From: Octopus bimaculoides
Taxonomy: Eukaryota
DNA length: 56,815 nucleotides
Assembly: GCF_001194135.2 (NCBI RefSeq)
Contig: NC_068982.1
Location: 109,698,729 to 109,755,543, forward strand
Direction: 5' to 3'
A model generated the notes under the pieces. The model made no database searches and had not been told where the DNA came from. It was given only the letters and a program-made list of their open reading frames with translations. A program made the position numbers and the translations under genes. Below, piece after piece: positions 13,527 to 25,484 of this stretch. Position 1 is the first letter of the stretch. The number at the start of each line of letters is the position of its first letter.

Positions 13527-13867
13527 TGTGGAGGCGCAGTGGCCCAGTGGTTAGGGCAGCGGACACGCGGTCGTAGGATCACGGTTTCGATTACCAGACC
13601 GGGCGTTGTGAGTGTTTATTGACGAAAACACCTGAAGCTCCGGCATGGGGTGGTGGTGAACCTTGCTGTACTCTTTCACCACAACTTTCTCTCACTCTTT
13701 CTTCCTGTTTCTGTTGTACCTGTGTCACGCTGAATTTCCCCGAGCATTACGTTAAGGGTACACGTGTCTGTGGAGTGCTCAGCCACTTGCACGTTAGTTT
13801 CACGTGCTGGTTGTTCCGTTGATCGGATCAACTGGAACCCTCGAAGTCGCAACCGACGGAGTGCCAC
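13527..13867 (+). mobile_element. SINE family D (tRNA-like head), full length
   Basis: Head GGAGGCGCAGTGGCCCAGTGGTTAGGGCAGCGGAC...GGTTTCGATTACC has pol III box A/box B-like motifs; body shared with the 26593-26899 copy. Confidence 0.8.
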
Positions 13868-13964
13868 GAATATACGTATATATGTGTATGTGTGTATACA
13901 TACATATATGTGTGTATGTATGTATGTATGTATGTATATATATATATATATATATATACATACA

Positions 13965-14335
13965 TTTTCCTTTTTTCCTTTTACTTCTTTCAGTCAGTTT
14001 GATTGCGGCCATGCTGGAGTACCGCCTTTAATCGAGTAAATCGACCACAGTACTTATTCTATCGGTCTCTTTTGCCGAACTGCTAGGTTACGGGGACGTA
14101 AACACACCACCATGGGTTGTCAAGCGATGTTGGAAGGGGACACACACACATACATATATATATGCATATATACGACGGGCTTCTTTCAGTTTCCGTCTAC
14201 CAAATCCACTCACAAGGCTTTGATAGGCCCGAGGTTATAGTGGAAGACACTTGCCCAAGGTGTCATGCAGTGGGACTGAACCCAGAACTATGTGATTGGT
14301 AAGTAAGCTACTTACCACACTGCTACTCCTGCGCC
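13965..14335 (-). mobile_element. SINE family B, full length
   Basis: Reverse complement reads ggcgcaggagtagcagtgtggtaagtagc...gggttcagtcccactgc..accttgggcaagtgtctt...aagaagcccgtcgtatata, then a microsatellite and a tail ending gtaaaagg. Same layout as 33183-33566. Confidence 0.9.
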
Positions 14336-14821
14336 TATATATATATATTTATATATATATATATATATATATATNNNNNNNNNNNNNNNNNNNNNNNNNN
14401 NNNNNNNNNNNNNNNNNNNNNNNNNNNNNNNNNNNNNNNNNNNNNNNNNNNNNNNNNNNNNNNNNNNNNNNNNNNNNNNNNNNNNNNNNNNNNNNNNNNN
14501 NNNNNNNNNNNNNNNNNNNNNNNNNNNNNNNNNNNNNNNNNNNNNNNNNNNNNNNNNNNNNNNNNNNNNNNNNNNNNNNNNNNNNNNNNNNNNNNNNNNN
14601 NNNNNNNNNNNNNNNNNNNNNNNNNNNNNNNNNNNNNNNNNNNNNNNNNNNNNNNNNNNNNNNNNNNNNNNNNNNNNNNNNNNNNNNNNNNNNNNNNNNN
14701 NNNNNNNNNNNNNNNNNNNNNNNNNNNNNNNNNNNNNNNNNNNNNNNNNNNNNNNNNNNNNNNNNNNNNNNNNNNNNNNNNNNNNNNNNNNNNNNNNNNN
14801 NNNNNNNNNNNNNNNNNNNNN

Positions 14822-14889
<68 letters not shown>

Positions 14890-14924
14890 TAATAATAATA
14901 ATAGCAACAACAACAACTACAACA

Positions 14925-15080
14925 ACATCGAAAAATACCTTAGGAATGAGAAACCAGGTTCGAAATTTCCCCCAAGACACCTGATGAAGGCTAGAGGGTA
15001 TATCAGCCGAAACGTTGTGTTAACAACAAACAAAATGAAGACAAATATCCGTCAATTGTAAATAATGTAAATAATGTATA
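14925..15080 (+). repeat. Short hammerhead-bearing repeat following an (AAT)n/(AAC)n tract; likely a Penelope-like pLTR derivative
   Basis: Contains the motif at 14976-15021. Its 3' part (agccgaaa...caaaatgaagac) is related to the inverted pair at 38936-39085. Confidence 0.55.
14976..15021 (+). ncRNA. Minimal type I hammerhead ribozyme motif
   Basis: GACAC-CTGATGA-A-GGCT(N12)AGCC-GAAA-CG-TT-GTGTT. Stem I GACAC/GTGTT, palindromic loopless stem III AACGTT, GUU triplet. Confidence 0.75.
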
Positions 15081-16335
15081 CACACACATGTATAAATAAG
15101 AAACACCATTCAATGCACTTGATGACTTACAATGACTATAATCAAAGAATATTTGGAATCAATAAAAAATGTTACTCCAAGGTTATTGGTTATATCAAGT
15201 AAAGATACTATCGTTGCCTCAAGGTTTCATTGGCTTTCTTTTACTGCATTTACTTCACTTATCTCGGGGAATATATTACCCTTGGGAAATCTTAAGTAAT
15301 TTTCGTAAGAAATCACAATGCTGTCGCTATACGTAATCTTAATTGGTTTATTATGTGTCAAATATAATTAAACGAAAATCTAAACTTTGTATAGTTCGCC
15401 ATGAAACTAACCTCCAACTAGAACTGATTTTATTGAATCAGATAAATAAGCATTAAAGAATTAACATCATTTACATGATTGTTTTTGAGTATTGATTTTG
15501 TATCTCCTTGTGAAAGGATAAACAGTCATAATAGAAAATGCATGCCTCATCTCATAGATTTTGTTGCGACCATAAAACAAAATGGCTGATTAATGCTTTT
15601 AAAGTCAAATTTGAATTATTTATTAACGTATACATATATCTGAATGCACCATAGTCGAATACAACAAAGAAAAAAGTGGTATATTGATAATAGTATTGGA
15701 TATTTACTTAGAGGGGGAAGAGAAGTGTTTAGGAATTTTACAGGCACTCTCGGACTGGTGAAATGGATGCTGTTGAAATCCATCTTGAAAATATGGTTGG
15801 AGATGAACACTGAAAGGTGTTGTTCTGAAGCAGAAACATATACGAGGTGTTAAATGCAGAGTGAGTGGTGAGGCATGACACGGGTAATTTTTATAGGAGA
15901 AGCAAATGTACAGATTATGCTTGAGGGTTGGCATAAAGCGGGTTACTTCATTAAAACAGATGCCGTTACAATGGCAGTAGAAAGCAGAAAGACAATAAAT
16001 AGCTTATTTTTGAGCCAATAGTTGTAGCGTATCGGTGACTGAAGCTTTGGCAGTTTGTCGAATGGCCGTTATTGGATGCAGTGGAGGACATTTTCGTGTG
16101 TAGCAGCGGTGCAGTGTCAGATACGCAAGCGGCACATTAGCGTAAATTTTGCTTGATCTTATAAAGATGAGTCAGTATCTAATCAAGTCTGAAGCTCTTT
16201 GTAGTCTTTAAAATGTCATTTTGGCAGGTAGTGGGAACAATATGAAAGATCACGCGTGATTGATAGGCGTTGAACATTTTGTGTTGTTTTTTCATACAGG
16301 TATTATAAAACAGTGGTGGGGTGAGTTATTTTATA

Positions 16336-16450
16336 CAGTGTAGCCTCAGTTTACGAACGACTCTCATCACGAACAAATCTGTTTACGAACCATTTTTTGA
16401 ACATAAAATATCTCGGGTGACGAACGGTGTCTCGAGTAACGAGCACACAA
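16336..16450 (+). mobile_element. pogo/Tigger-like transposon left end
   Basis: TA|CAGTGTAGCCTCAGTTTACGAAC...CACGAACAAATCTGTTTACGAAC, with the repeated ACGAAC motifs typical of Tigger-like termini. No right TIR found. Confidence 0.45.
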
Positions 16451-17599
16451 GCCGGCACCAACGGTTGGCAACAAGCTGGGGATATCGGCAAGAGAGGGTC
16501 AGCTATTGTATAGCTTTCGCTCAGTGCATATCCCTGCTCGAAGATGTTTCCTTGATCTCTGTTCATTGGAGCGATACTGGCCTCTCGTAAAGTAGCATAT
16601 GCTCTGGATATGGCAGACACCACATCTTAGAACAAAGTTGAAATATATAGTGTAGCTTAAAGCACTTATAAATACATAGCAATACATTTAGTGAGGTTTG
16701 CTGTGCAGAGAAGCAGTGTATGCAGTAAAGTGAGATGTGTCAGATGGCTTGCAGATTGGACTGATGTCTACTATTGAGGATGTGAAAGAAATTGCACTGG
16801 ATAATATGTCAGCTCCATAAATAGTTAAAACTACTCTTTAATTTTTAACTTGTTTCAGCAATTGGACTGTGGTCATACTCCTTGAAGAGTTTAGTCGGTC
16901 TTATCAACCCCACTCCTATTATAAGCCTTGTACTTATTCAAGCGTTCTCTTTTTACCGAACCTCTACGTTACTGGAATATACACAAACCAACACTGGTTG
17001 CCATAATCACAAGCACAAAGATGCACACGCTTTCACAGACACACATACACACACAAACACACACAGGTGAAGATCACACTCGACTTAGAAAACATAAATG
17101 AATAACTGATCATAGACGGAAATTGAACAGCGAAATAAAATACAAGATTTCGGTAAGCTCTGTGCTATTCTGCTAACAACGTACTATTGAAACTTCATTG
17201 TATTATGTTTCAATAAAGCATGTTTCAAATCAACCCTGATGGAGTAGTCTTATGATCAAAAGTGTTGTTGTCAAAGCGCATCTAGCACTACGTCGTCATA
17301 TGAACCCTAATTCTTTAAAGAAAGCACGGTGTAATTGGATGAAGATTCGACAGCTCTTTCCAGCAGATCGAAGGTATAGAACTTTTTTTAATCTTTTCAA
17401 GGATAAGATACAAATACTGTTCAGTATTTTCACCACCTTTCGATCTTCTCTGTTTCACTGGTTTAAAGCTCCCTTCCTCGGAATGAATGGAAATATATTA
17501 AATTGGAATTCACAGACAAATTAATATACGTATAGGTAAAATGACCATGTAGAGTTCCCTTGTTGGCTCAGATGTAAGTCGTTAAAAATTTGGTGACCC

Positions 17600-17752
17600 G
17601 ACATAGTCGTGTGGTTAACTATTTGCTTCGAGTTTTCTGGTTCAGTTCTACTACATGGAACCTTGGGCAAATATTTTTATTATAGTTCCGGGGTGATCAA
17701 TGCCTTGTGAGTGAATTTTGGTAGACAGAAACTGTATGGAAGCCCGTCGCTT
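17600..17752 (+). mobile_element. SINE family B 5' half, degraded
   Basis: ggttcagttctactacatggaaccttgggcaaat...gccttgtgagtgaattttggtagacagaaactg..gaagcccgtcg then (TA)n. Confidence 0.75.
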
Positions 17753-17870
17753 ATATATATATATATATATATATATANNNNNNNNNNACTGTACCGTGTC
17801 AGAATGATTAACAAAAAAGTACTCCATCTTGTGAGCGATAAATATTAAAGGACACAATACATGTCTTTAA

Positions 17871-17925
17871 GTGCTACTAATAGTTTCATATGTGGAAAAA
17901 TATCTCAAACATATTCATCAGGCAC
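17871..17925 (-). ncRNA. Type I hammerhead ribozyme motif in the pLTR
   Basis: Minus strand GTGC-CTGATGA-ATATGT(N15)ACATAT-GAAA-CTATTAG-TA-GCAC: stems I, II and III all pair, GUA triplet. Confidence 0.85.
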
Positions 17926-18133
17926 AAACCACATACCATAATGAACTAAAAAAAAAAATGAATAAGAGAAGAAGCAAGAAAAAGCTGAGAAGACAGCATA
18001 TAGAAAAGGCGGAAGTTTAAAAAAACGGAAAACGAAAAATGAAGAACTAAAATGTAAAAAGTAAAAAAGGCAAAAGAGTTATCTTCCTTAGACCTTAAAT
18101 TATAAGGCTGGAAACATACCAACAAGTTATTTT

Positions 18134-18770
18134 CTAATTCTTCAAAATATATTTATACATATGTATGTAACCTCTGAAAACTTCAGACCTATATTTCAGT
18201 AGAGAGTTAGGGATCTTAGATCTGAACAGGATCTGAGCTCTTACAGCTAAACATAGCCTAAATTTATTCGATTCATTAACATAAGGAATGTATTTCTCAA
18301 TTATTTTCCCCTTAATCACACGTGATGTTTCGTTATCTTTCAAACTCTAGACCTAGCTAGCCAACTTGGTAGCTTTGCTTTTGTCCTTATGCTGGAAGGA
18401 GGTGATTGGTATAGCGATTTTCAAATTCTCCTTCACATAATCCAATACAGGTCTTATCTGTTGTATTACCATTTAGGGTTGCAGTAACTTCTACCTCATA
18501 TATGACATATTTAATCATACATCGTTGGACAGGATTCTGTGTCGCGACAGTTACAACTGGATTTAAGCTCTTGGCATTGACTTCGTGTGATGATACTTTT
18601 CATATTGAGGTTGTAGTTATATGATAGAACGCCTATTAAATATTTTCCTGTATCTATGAGTTACTGGAAAGTGCTTGTCTAGAAGAAACAAGAATATTTT
18701 ACCTATGTTAGATTTTCTATTAAGGTAAAAAGGAGGGGCGAACCAAATAATTTTCCTTGACCTATTTTTA
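18134..18770 (-). pseudogene. Penelope-like ORF C-terminus with GIY-YIG endonuclease, disrupted
   Basis: RSRKIIWFAPPFYLNRKSNIGKIFLFLLDKHFPVTHRYRKIFNR; VIYEVEVTATLNGNTTDKTCIGLCEGEFENRYTNH (GIY-YIG equivalent VIY..TCIG); KIIEKYIPYVNESNKFRLCLAVRAQILF. Confidence 0.88.
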
Positions 18771-19115
18771 AGTCACTTAATATTATTATTCTGGCCCAGG
18801 ATCTTGTCCACTTTAGATCTGAAATTTTCAGCGGTTGCATACCTATGTATAAATATATTTTGAAGAATTGGAAAATTCCGCCTATACCTGACTAACTTGT
18901 TGATATCTTTCCAGTTTTATAATTTAAGGTCTAAAGAGGATAACTCTTTTACCTTTTTTTACTTTTTACATTACATTTTAGTTGTTACGTTTTCGTTTTC
19001 CGTTTTACGTTTCCGTGTTTTTTCAACATTCCGCATTTTCTATATGCTAACTTCTCAGCTTTTTCGCGTTTCTTCTCTTATTCAATTTTTTTTAGTTCGT
19101 TATGATATGTGGTTT

Positions 19116-19170
19116 GTGCCTGATGAATATGTTTGAGATATTTCTCAATATATGAAACTATTAGTAACAC
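19116..19170 (+). ncRNA. Type I hammerhead ribozyme motif in the inverted pLTR copy
   Basis: GTGC-CTGATGA-ATATGTTTGAGA-TATT-TCTCAATATAT-GAAA-CTATTAG-TA-ACAC. One C.A mismatch at the stem I position next to the core. Confidence 0.75.
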
Positions 19171-19251
19171 TTAAAGACATATATTGTGTCCTTTAAATAA
19201 ATAATGCATACACACACACATACACACACTTATATATGTGCGTGTGTGTGA

Positions 19252-19297
<46 letters not shown>

Positions 19298-19334
19298 ATG
19301 CATGCATGTATGGATGAATGGATATGAACTTATC

Positions 19335-19510
19335 TCACTGCCGCTTGGCAACAGGTCGGTTTATTTGCATCCACGTTACTTAATGACTCGTCAAAAGAGA
19401 ACCATAGAAAAAGTACTAGGGTTTAAAACAAATCGTGAAGTGGATTTAGTTGAAAAACTATCCATTATGGTCGCAGTCCAATGACTAAAACAAGTAAAGG
19501 AGAAAAAGAA
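19335..19510 (+). mobile_element. SINE family B 3' half, heavily degraded
   Basis: caaaagagaaccatagaaaaagtactagg...atggtcgcagtccaatgactaaaacaagtaaagg matches the tail of 33183-33566. Confidence 0.6.
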
Positions 19511-20545
19511 TAGAAATATATAGGAACAACAATCAGTATAATCTGCATTTAGAAAACAAAATGTAAAATACACAAACGTAAGAACAAGCCATACTTTTCT
19601 CAAAGGGATTAGTAAAAGAAGAGAAGTTAGAGAATAACATTGTGACTAAAACAATATCGTGAACTCGGCTTATCAGGAACTTTAATCTACTCCATATCCA
19701 TGTCTTTAACAAAAAGTATAATGTAAAACTTGTCCAACGTCTGTGATTTTATCACTCGTATTTTTTTTTTCTTTCTAGTATGATGGATGTAATTAAGGTT
19801 ATCGCTTGCAATGTAAAACAACCTCTACAGCCTACACAACCGTATATCTACATGGATTAATTACCCCGCCTTTTCCTCTATCCTTAACATTTAAGCAACT
19901 TGCCAAGGTATCTAGTAATATAAACAAACATAAACGAGACTAAATGTCATTTAAAAGATTCATCCGTCGAATTTCCAATTAGCAATTTGCTTTTATGCTT
20001 ATTTATTGTGTACCGCGAAAAACAAAATTTTACAACTTTCTTTAATTCTATATTTCATTAGAGCTTAGCCTGCAGCGTCTGAATCTCTCAACCTTTTTTC
20101 ATTTGATTAGAACCATGTCCACAAACGTATTTACATATTCCCACACACATAAATACAACACACGCACAGAATGTATCAGAATGTTAATATATTAGATTCA
20201 GCATATTCAATGTTGGGTGTATTTGAAGGCGAAGTAAGCAGTGGTGAAAAGGAAAAAGACACTGTTAAGTCAATGACTAATATAATACTGTTTGTCTCGG
20301 CAAGTACGGGACCCAGCTACTGTCATGTTTTGATCTTATTAGGACCTCAACAGCAATGTGCAACTTTCATCATTCTGGCTGAAGTAGTAATGGAATGATG
20401 GATCTCCGTGGTTTGACGAGGATTCATAGGTTCTATCAACATAATTATCTGCCCCTAATTTAACATATAAATGGTTGAGTGCTCCACACACACGTATACA
20501 CTTAACATAATTTTCAAGCAGTATGAGCGTGACACAGTGTGTGAC

Positions 20546-22487
20546 AAGGCTGTGCTGGGGCTGGATGGTCTACCCATGAGTTTTATCGTAGCATGCCGGA
20601 CTTGTTCGGGGACCTGCTGGCCAGCGTCTACACAAACTGACAACAGAATGGGAGGATTCCTAGCTCTGTGAGACGGGGAGTGGTAACTCTGATCCAGAAG
20701 GACCCGAGCAAGGGGGACATTATAAGTAATTACAGGCCCATAACTCTACTCAATGTAGAGTTAAGGATTTTGGCCAAGGTATTAGCCAGAAGGTTGACGC
20801 GTGTCGTGGAGATGCTCGTCAGGAAGTCGCAGACATGCGCCATCCCAGGCAAGTCGATCCAGGACAATCTTCACCTTATATGCTACACCTTTGACAGGTT
20901 GGATAAATTAACCGGCAAAGATGGGGCACTGGTCCATTTAGACCAAAGTAAAGCCTTTCATACGGTCCTCGAAACGGCTGAGCTGGGCCCGGACTTCCGT
21001 AGGTGGATCTCGCAATGTATAGCGGCACCAAATCCACCGTTCAGATAAACGGCTACCTGTCGGAGCCGTTTTCGATCAAGCGCTCAGTTCCTAAAGGGTG
21101 TCCACTGTCTCCGCTTCTGTATGTGTTAGCTCTTGAGCCATTACTGCGGAAGTTGGAGAATTTAGGGCACACCCCCAATGTAATCGGATGCAGTAAGTCT
21201 GTCTCTGCTTCTGCGGATGACGTCACCATCATCGTGTCCAATGAAGCGCAGCTACCTTGTGTAGAGGACGCTATCAAAGGATACGAGGCGGTGGCAGGGG
21301 CAAAAGTTAACAAGGACAAGTCCATCGGCTAGCGCCTCGGCATCTGGAGAAGCAAGTCGATATTGTCCAGTGGTGTGGGTCACTGGACAGATGGTCCTGT
21401 TAAGTTGCTTGAAGTTTGGTTTGGACCGGACTCCCAGACTAAGAAGAACTGGAGCGAGGTGGCAGTTAGGTTGGAGGCCCTAGTCCGGACTTGGTCCGGA
21501 AGGGCTCTGTCCCTGAAAGGAAGGGCGGAAGTGGTACAGGAGTTTATTGCTTCTGTAATCACCTACCGCCTAACCGTTGTCCCTTGCCCCGACTCGTGGC
21601 TAAACAAATTGGAGCATTTCCTCTTCGGCTTATTGTGAAAAGGAGGAAAGCCAGGAACCGTTAAAGGGTGGGTTAGGTATGCCCTGGCTAATGATGCACA
21701 GACAGGCGTTGAGGCTGAGACATCTCTTGCCCTACCTGGAGGGTGACAAGGTGTGGAATCCGCTGGTACAGGAATTCTTTCCGCGACCAGCCTCCTTGGA
21801 GAGATTCAAACCTGGCTTCATTAAAAGACGTAATCTGACAGAATGGCAAAAGGAGTGTCGACTGGCACTCGCGCTTATCCACAAAACGGGCAAGGCCAGC
21901 AGTGGGAATACCACCTCGATTTTGTATAAAGGACTGGTAGAGTTCAAAAATGATGACGTCATAGGAGAGGTTCTGGGGTTCGACGAGAACCAACTTGCCA
22001 ACCTGTTCCAAAAATCTTATTTGGATAATTACCAAAACTTTCTGACCTGGCAGTGCTACAGGAACGCTTTACCGGTTTGTGATATGTTATCCAGACACAG
22101 AATGTCAGTGCTAACCGTCCAGCACGCTTTTGTACAGTGCCGGAAGCTTTCAGGTTTGATAATTTACGTTGAACCCGTGTTGTCACACCTAGGCAGAGTA
22201 CAGCTATCGGCTGAGTCTATAATAAAGAATGTGCCGCCAACGGATTCTCAAAAGAAGGTGAGGCATGTTTTCTCCGTTCAGTTGCAGTGTTGAAAGTGTG
22301 CGTGTGGAAGACCAAATTGCAAGGACTCGTGACGGGATCCTTCATCTCTGGCTCTGGTTTGTTGATATACTTCAGATATCACCTGAAGAACACGATAGGG
22401 CTGGAGAGGAGATGCCTGTCGCGAAGTGTGTTCGAAAAAAGATGGAAGGCTGTGGAAAGAAAGGTGGGTGCAAGTGAGCCTGCTTAA
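20546..22487 (+). mobile_element. Tx1/L1-type non-LTR retrotransposon ORF2 (RT and C-terminus), 5'-truncated pseudogene
   Basis: GLDGLP.EFY, VVTLIQK..NYRPITLLNVELRILAKVLARRL, LVHLDQSKAF, SVPKGCPLSPLLYVLALEPLL, SADDVT (YADD mutated), LSLKGRAEVV, TVQHAFVQC, RWKAVERKVG..* at 22487. Confidence 0.9.
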
Positions 22488-22711
22488 TCTTCGTGGGAAA
22501 AGGAAAAGATATAGTCGCTGGGCTTTTTAGTCCATCAGGTTTAATCCTCCACAAAAAGTCAAATCTTAATTATATATCATTCAATATTTTTAAAAACAAA
22601 GTATCATACGAACTCATAATAACAATAATTGTTTGTATTGTCCTGTTTTGTCCCCTCTATGTACGATATGAATTATCATAATACAAAATTCACCTCTAGC
22701 CGAACAATTAT

Positions 22712-22756
22712 TCTGTGCTGATGAAGGGAAATAACCCGAAAATCGCGATACACAGA
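22712..22756 (+). ncRNA. Minimal type I hammerhead ribozyme motif
   Basis: TCTGTG-CTGATGA-A-GGG(AAATAA)CCC-GAAA-ATCGCGAT-A-CACAGA. 6-bp stem I, 8-nt palindromic stem III, AUA triplet, one extra A after GAA. Confidence 0.75.
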
Positions 22757-24039
22757 TATTGTTTTGAGCTGAGTGGGGGTGCTAGATTGCCTTGTTCGAA
22801 AATATTAGGACACAAATCGTGTCGTATAGCCAGCTGGAGATGATGGCTCCTGGGGCTAAATTACAGCAACATTCGTCCTAAACCGGTACTGCCATTTTAT
22901 GTTGGCAAACAAACTTTACTACAAAAAATTCAAGTATTTCAGCATTTCGCTATTTTATAACTTTCGTTATTTCAAAGTCATTTCAATTATTTTTCATTTC
23001 TCTTTCATAACGATATTTTCCTGTTTTATATATATTTCGATCTTAGAAATGCTTGGAAATTATGTTTTCCTTTCGTATTACAATAACTAGATCTATGTCA
23101 TTTTACATTTAGTCCGTACTTGCATATAACTGTTAGCAAGGCACTTTCATGGTATTTTTTTTAACTTCACCTCTAACGTTTTGTGCATTTTATATATAAA
23201 ACAGAATGGGCTTCGGATTGGGCTTAAAATTTTTGATTTGGCTTCCATTCTTTTTAAATATATTTACTTTCATGAATATAAAAATTACTTTTTGTAGATA
23301 TATTTCGATTGCATTAAAAGTGTATAAGTTTTTTTGCTTAAACTTGTAATTACATTTTCTTCCTCTGTAATTTAAACAACAGAATTTTAAATTTTCAGAA
23401 ACTCAAACGGTACAATTTAAATACTTTCATTATTGAACGCATGCATATAATTTTGAAAACTGATACAGCAATAAAAGTTATTCGTATTCTCTATCTTTAT
23501 AATCAACATATAAATACATTTTATAAATGCAAATGTATGAAGTATTGGATTGTTATTATATATTATTGCTTTCAAAGACATTTATATTATCATAGTTTTA
23601 AAAATATATTCAAAACATGAAAACTTTAAAAAAAAAACAATGAAAAGCGCAATAAAAAAGAAGCCCGAGGTGGGGCAAAACTATCCAGATCTAAATGAAT
23701 AATTATGAGGTGTCAATACTCTTTCTTGTAAATGTCCAAATATCTTGTCACCTAAAGATAAAGCAGGACATTTGATGTGCTGATGAGGCATATTGGGATT
23801 AACTCCCCTTCTCATTTACACTTGGTACCAGTAGTCAAAAAGCGATGGATGTAACTTTTTTAGAACCGGAGAAACTGCAATAAATCTTGAAATTTCCTTG
23901 TATCTTTTATCTTTTATTAATTTCAGCCAGAAGTTGAGGCCCAACTGGAGTAGCGTCTTTAGGTGCGATTGGGTTTCTTTTCTGTGTTATTTCTGGTGAT
24001 GTAGCAAGTTTGGCGGAGCTGCACGTCTTTCTACTTCCT

Positions 24040-24330
24040 GCTACGATGTCCGTTCATTTGGTGTCAGAGATAAAAACTTGTCCTGACGCTTTTTCAAAAC
24101 CTCCACATCTACACCTCGCAAACCTCTAAGGTTGTCTAGCAGAATGTTGAATAGCTGTGGACATTTGAAACCCCAGCTGTTACAGTATTTGGTCCTTATT
24201 CTAGTTGAAAAGGACGAGAGCGTTGTTACTATGTAGTGCCGTCCAATCCGGCGGTTGGTACAGCTTGTACCGGGAAATATGCAAACAAGCAAGTCCGATA
24301 AGATTTTCGACACTTCAGATCTACAATGGT
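24040..24330 (-). mobile_element. CR1-type LINE ORF2 3' end
   Basis: NRRIGRHYIV..RIRTKYCNSWGFKCPQLFNILLDNLRGLRGVDVEVLKKRQDKFLSLTPNE*, resembling the GP.LFN.LP...R......FK..LDKFL..PDE terminus. Confidence 0.65.
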
Positions 24331-24344
24331 CGTTGATGAGATGA

Positions 24345-24516
24345 ACACGAACCCAGATGGATTTCCGCTGTTCTTTTAAAAACATGCAAGAAAGCTCTCG
24401 CAAAACCACTGCAGATACTTTTCCAGAGTTTCCTTGCAAATGGATACTCCCCAAATTGTTAAAAGACGGTATGATATTGCCTGTCCATAAAGGAGGATGC
24501 AAAACAAATGCTAAAG

Positions 24517-24521
<5 letters not shown>
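24345..24521 (+). mobile_element. CR1-type LINE RT N-terminal fragment
   Basis: With a frameshift: PDGFPAVLLKTCKKALAKPLQILFQSFLANGYSPKLLKDGMILPVHKGGCKTNAKDY, ending in (AC)n. Confidence 0.7.
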
Positions 24522-24561
<40 letters not shown>

Positions 24562-24589
24562 ACACACATATATATATATACCTATACAT

Positions 24590-24732
24590 ACAGGTGGATG
24601 TCGGTATGCACATACCTGTACGTATATATGCATATACTCATTTACTATTTGATTTTACATAACTGAACGCGGCGTCTTCAATTGTAAGTAGTTTTCGTAA
24701 ACTTATATCTTCCGACGCTACTCTATCTCTTT
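24590..24732 (+). repeat. Unclassified dispersed repeat, also at ~49015-49150 and ~49690-49746
   Basis: Shared ggtatg.acatac.tgtacgtatatatgcatat.ctcattta.tattt and aactt.atat.t.c.gacgc.actctatct. Confidence 0.65.
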
Positions 24733-25443
24733 NNNNNNNNNNNNNNNNNNNNNNNNNNNNNNNNNNNNNNNNNNNNNNNNNNNNNNNNNNNNNNNNNNNN
24801 NNNNNNNNNNNNNNNNNNNNNNNNNNNNNNNNNNNNNNNNNNNNNNNNNNNNNNNNNNNNNNNNNNNNNNNNNNNNNNNNNNNNNNNNNNNNNNNNNNNN
24901 NNNNNNNNNNNNNNNNNNNNNNNNNNNNNNNNNNNNNNNNNNNNNNNNNNNNNNNNNNNNNNNNNNNNNNNNNNNNNNNNNNNNNNNNNNNNNNNNNNNN
25001 NNNNNNNNNNNNNNNNNNNNNNNNNNNNNNNNNNNNNNNNNNNNNNNNNNNNNNNNNNNNNNNNNNNNNNNNNNNNNNNNNNNNNNNNNNNNNNNNNNNN
25101 NNNNNNNNNNNNNNNNNNNNNNNNNNNNNNNNNNNNNNNNNNNNNNNNNNNNNNNNNNNNNNNNNNNNNNNNNNNNNNNNNNNNNNNNNNNNNNNNNNNN
25201 NNNNNNNNNNNNNNNNNNNNNNNNNNNNNNNNNNNNNNNNNNNNNNNNNNNNNNNNNNNNNNNNNNNNNNNNNNNNNNNNNNNNNNNNNNNNNNNNNNNN
25301 NNNNNNNNNNNNNNNNNNNNNNNNNNNNNNNNNNNNNNNNNNNNNNNNNNNNNNNNNNNNNNNNNNNNNNNNNNNNNNNNNNNNNNNNNNNNNNNNNNNN
25401 NNNNNNNNNNNNNNNNNNNNNNNNNNNNNNNNNNNNNNNNNNN

Positions 25444-25484
<41 letters not shown>

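Larger units (their letters stand above)
17845..19196 (-). mobile_element. 5'-truncated Penelope-like element with inverted pseudo-LTRs
   Basis: 17845-18191 and 18814-19196 are ~350-380 bp imperfect inverted repeats, each with a hammerhead. They enclose a minus-strand PLE C-terminal coding remnant. Confidence 0.88.

Noticed and set aside
13527-13605. tRNA gene (also the heads at 26830-26899, 33183, 45090 and 55810-55880)
   Set aside because: Box A/B-like motifs are present, but no full cloverleaf is evident and each continues into a SINE body.
23775-23810. GTGCTGATGAGGC hammerhead half
   Set aside because: No downstream stem II-GAAA partner.
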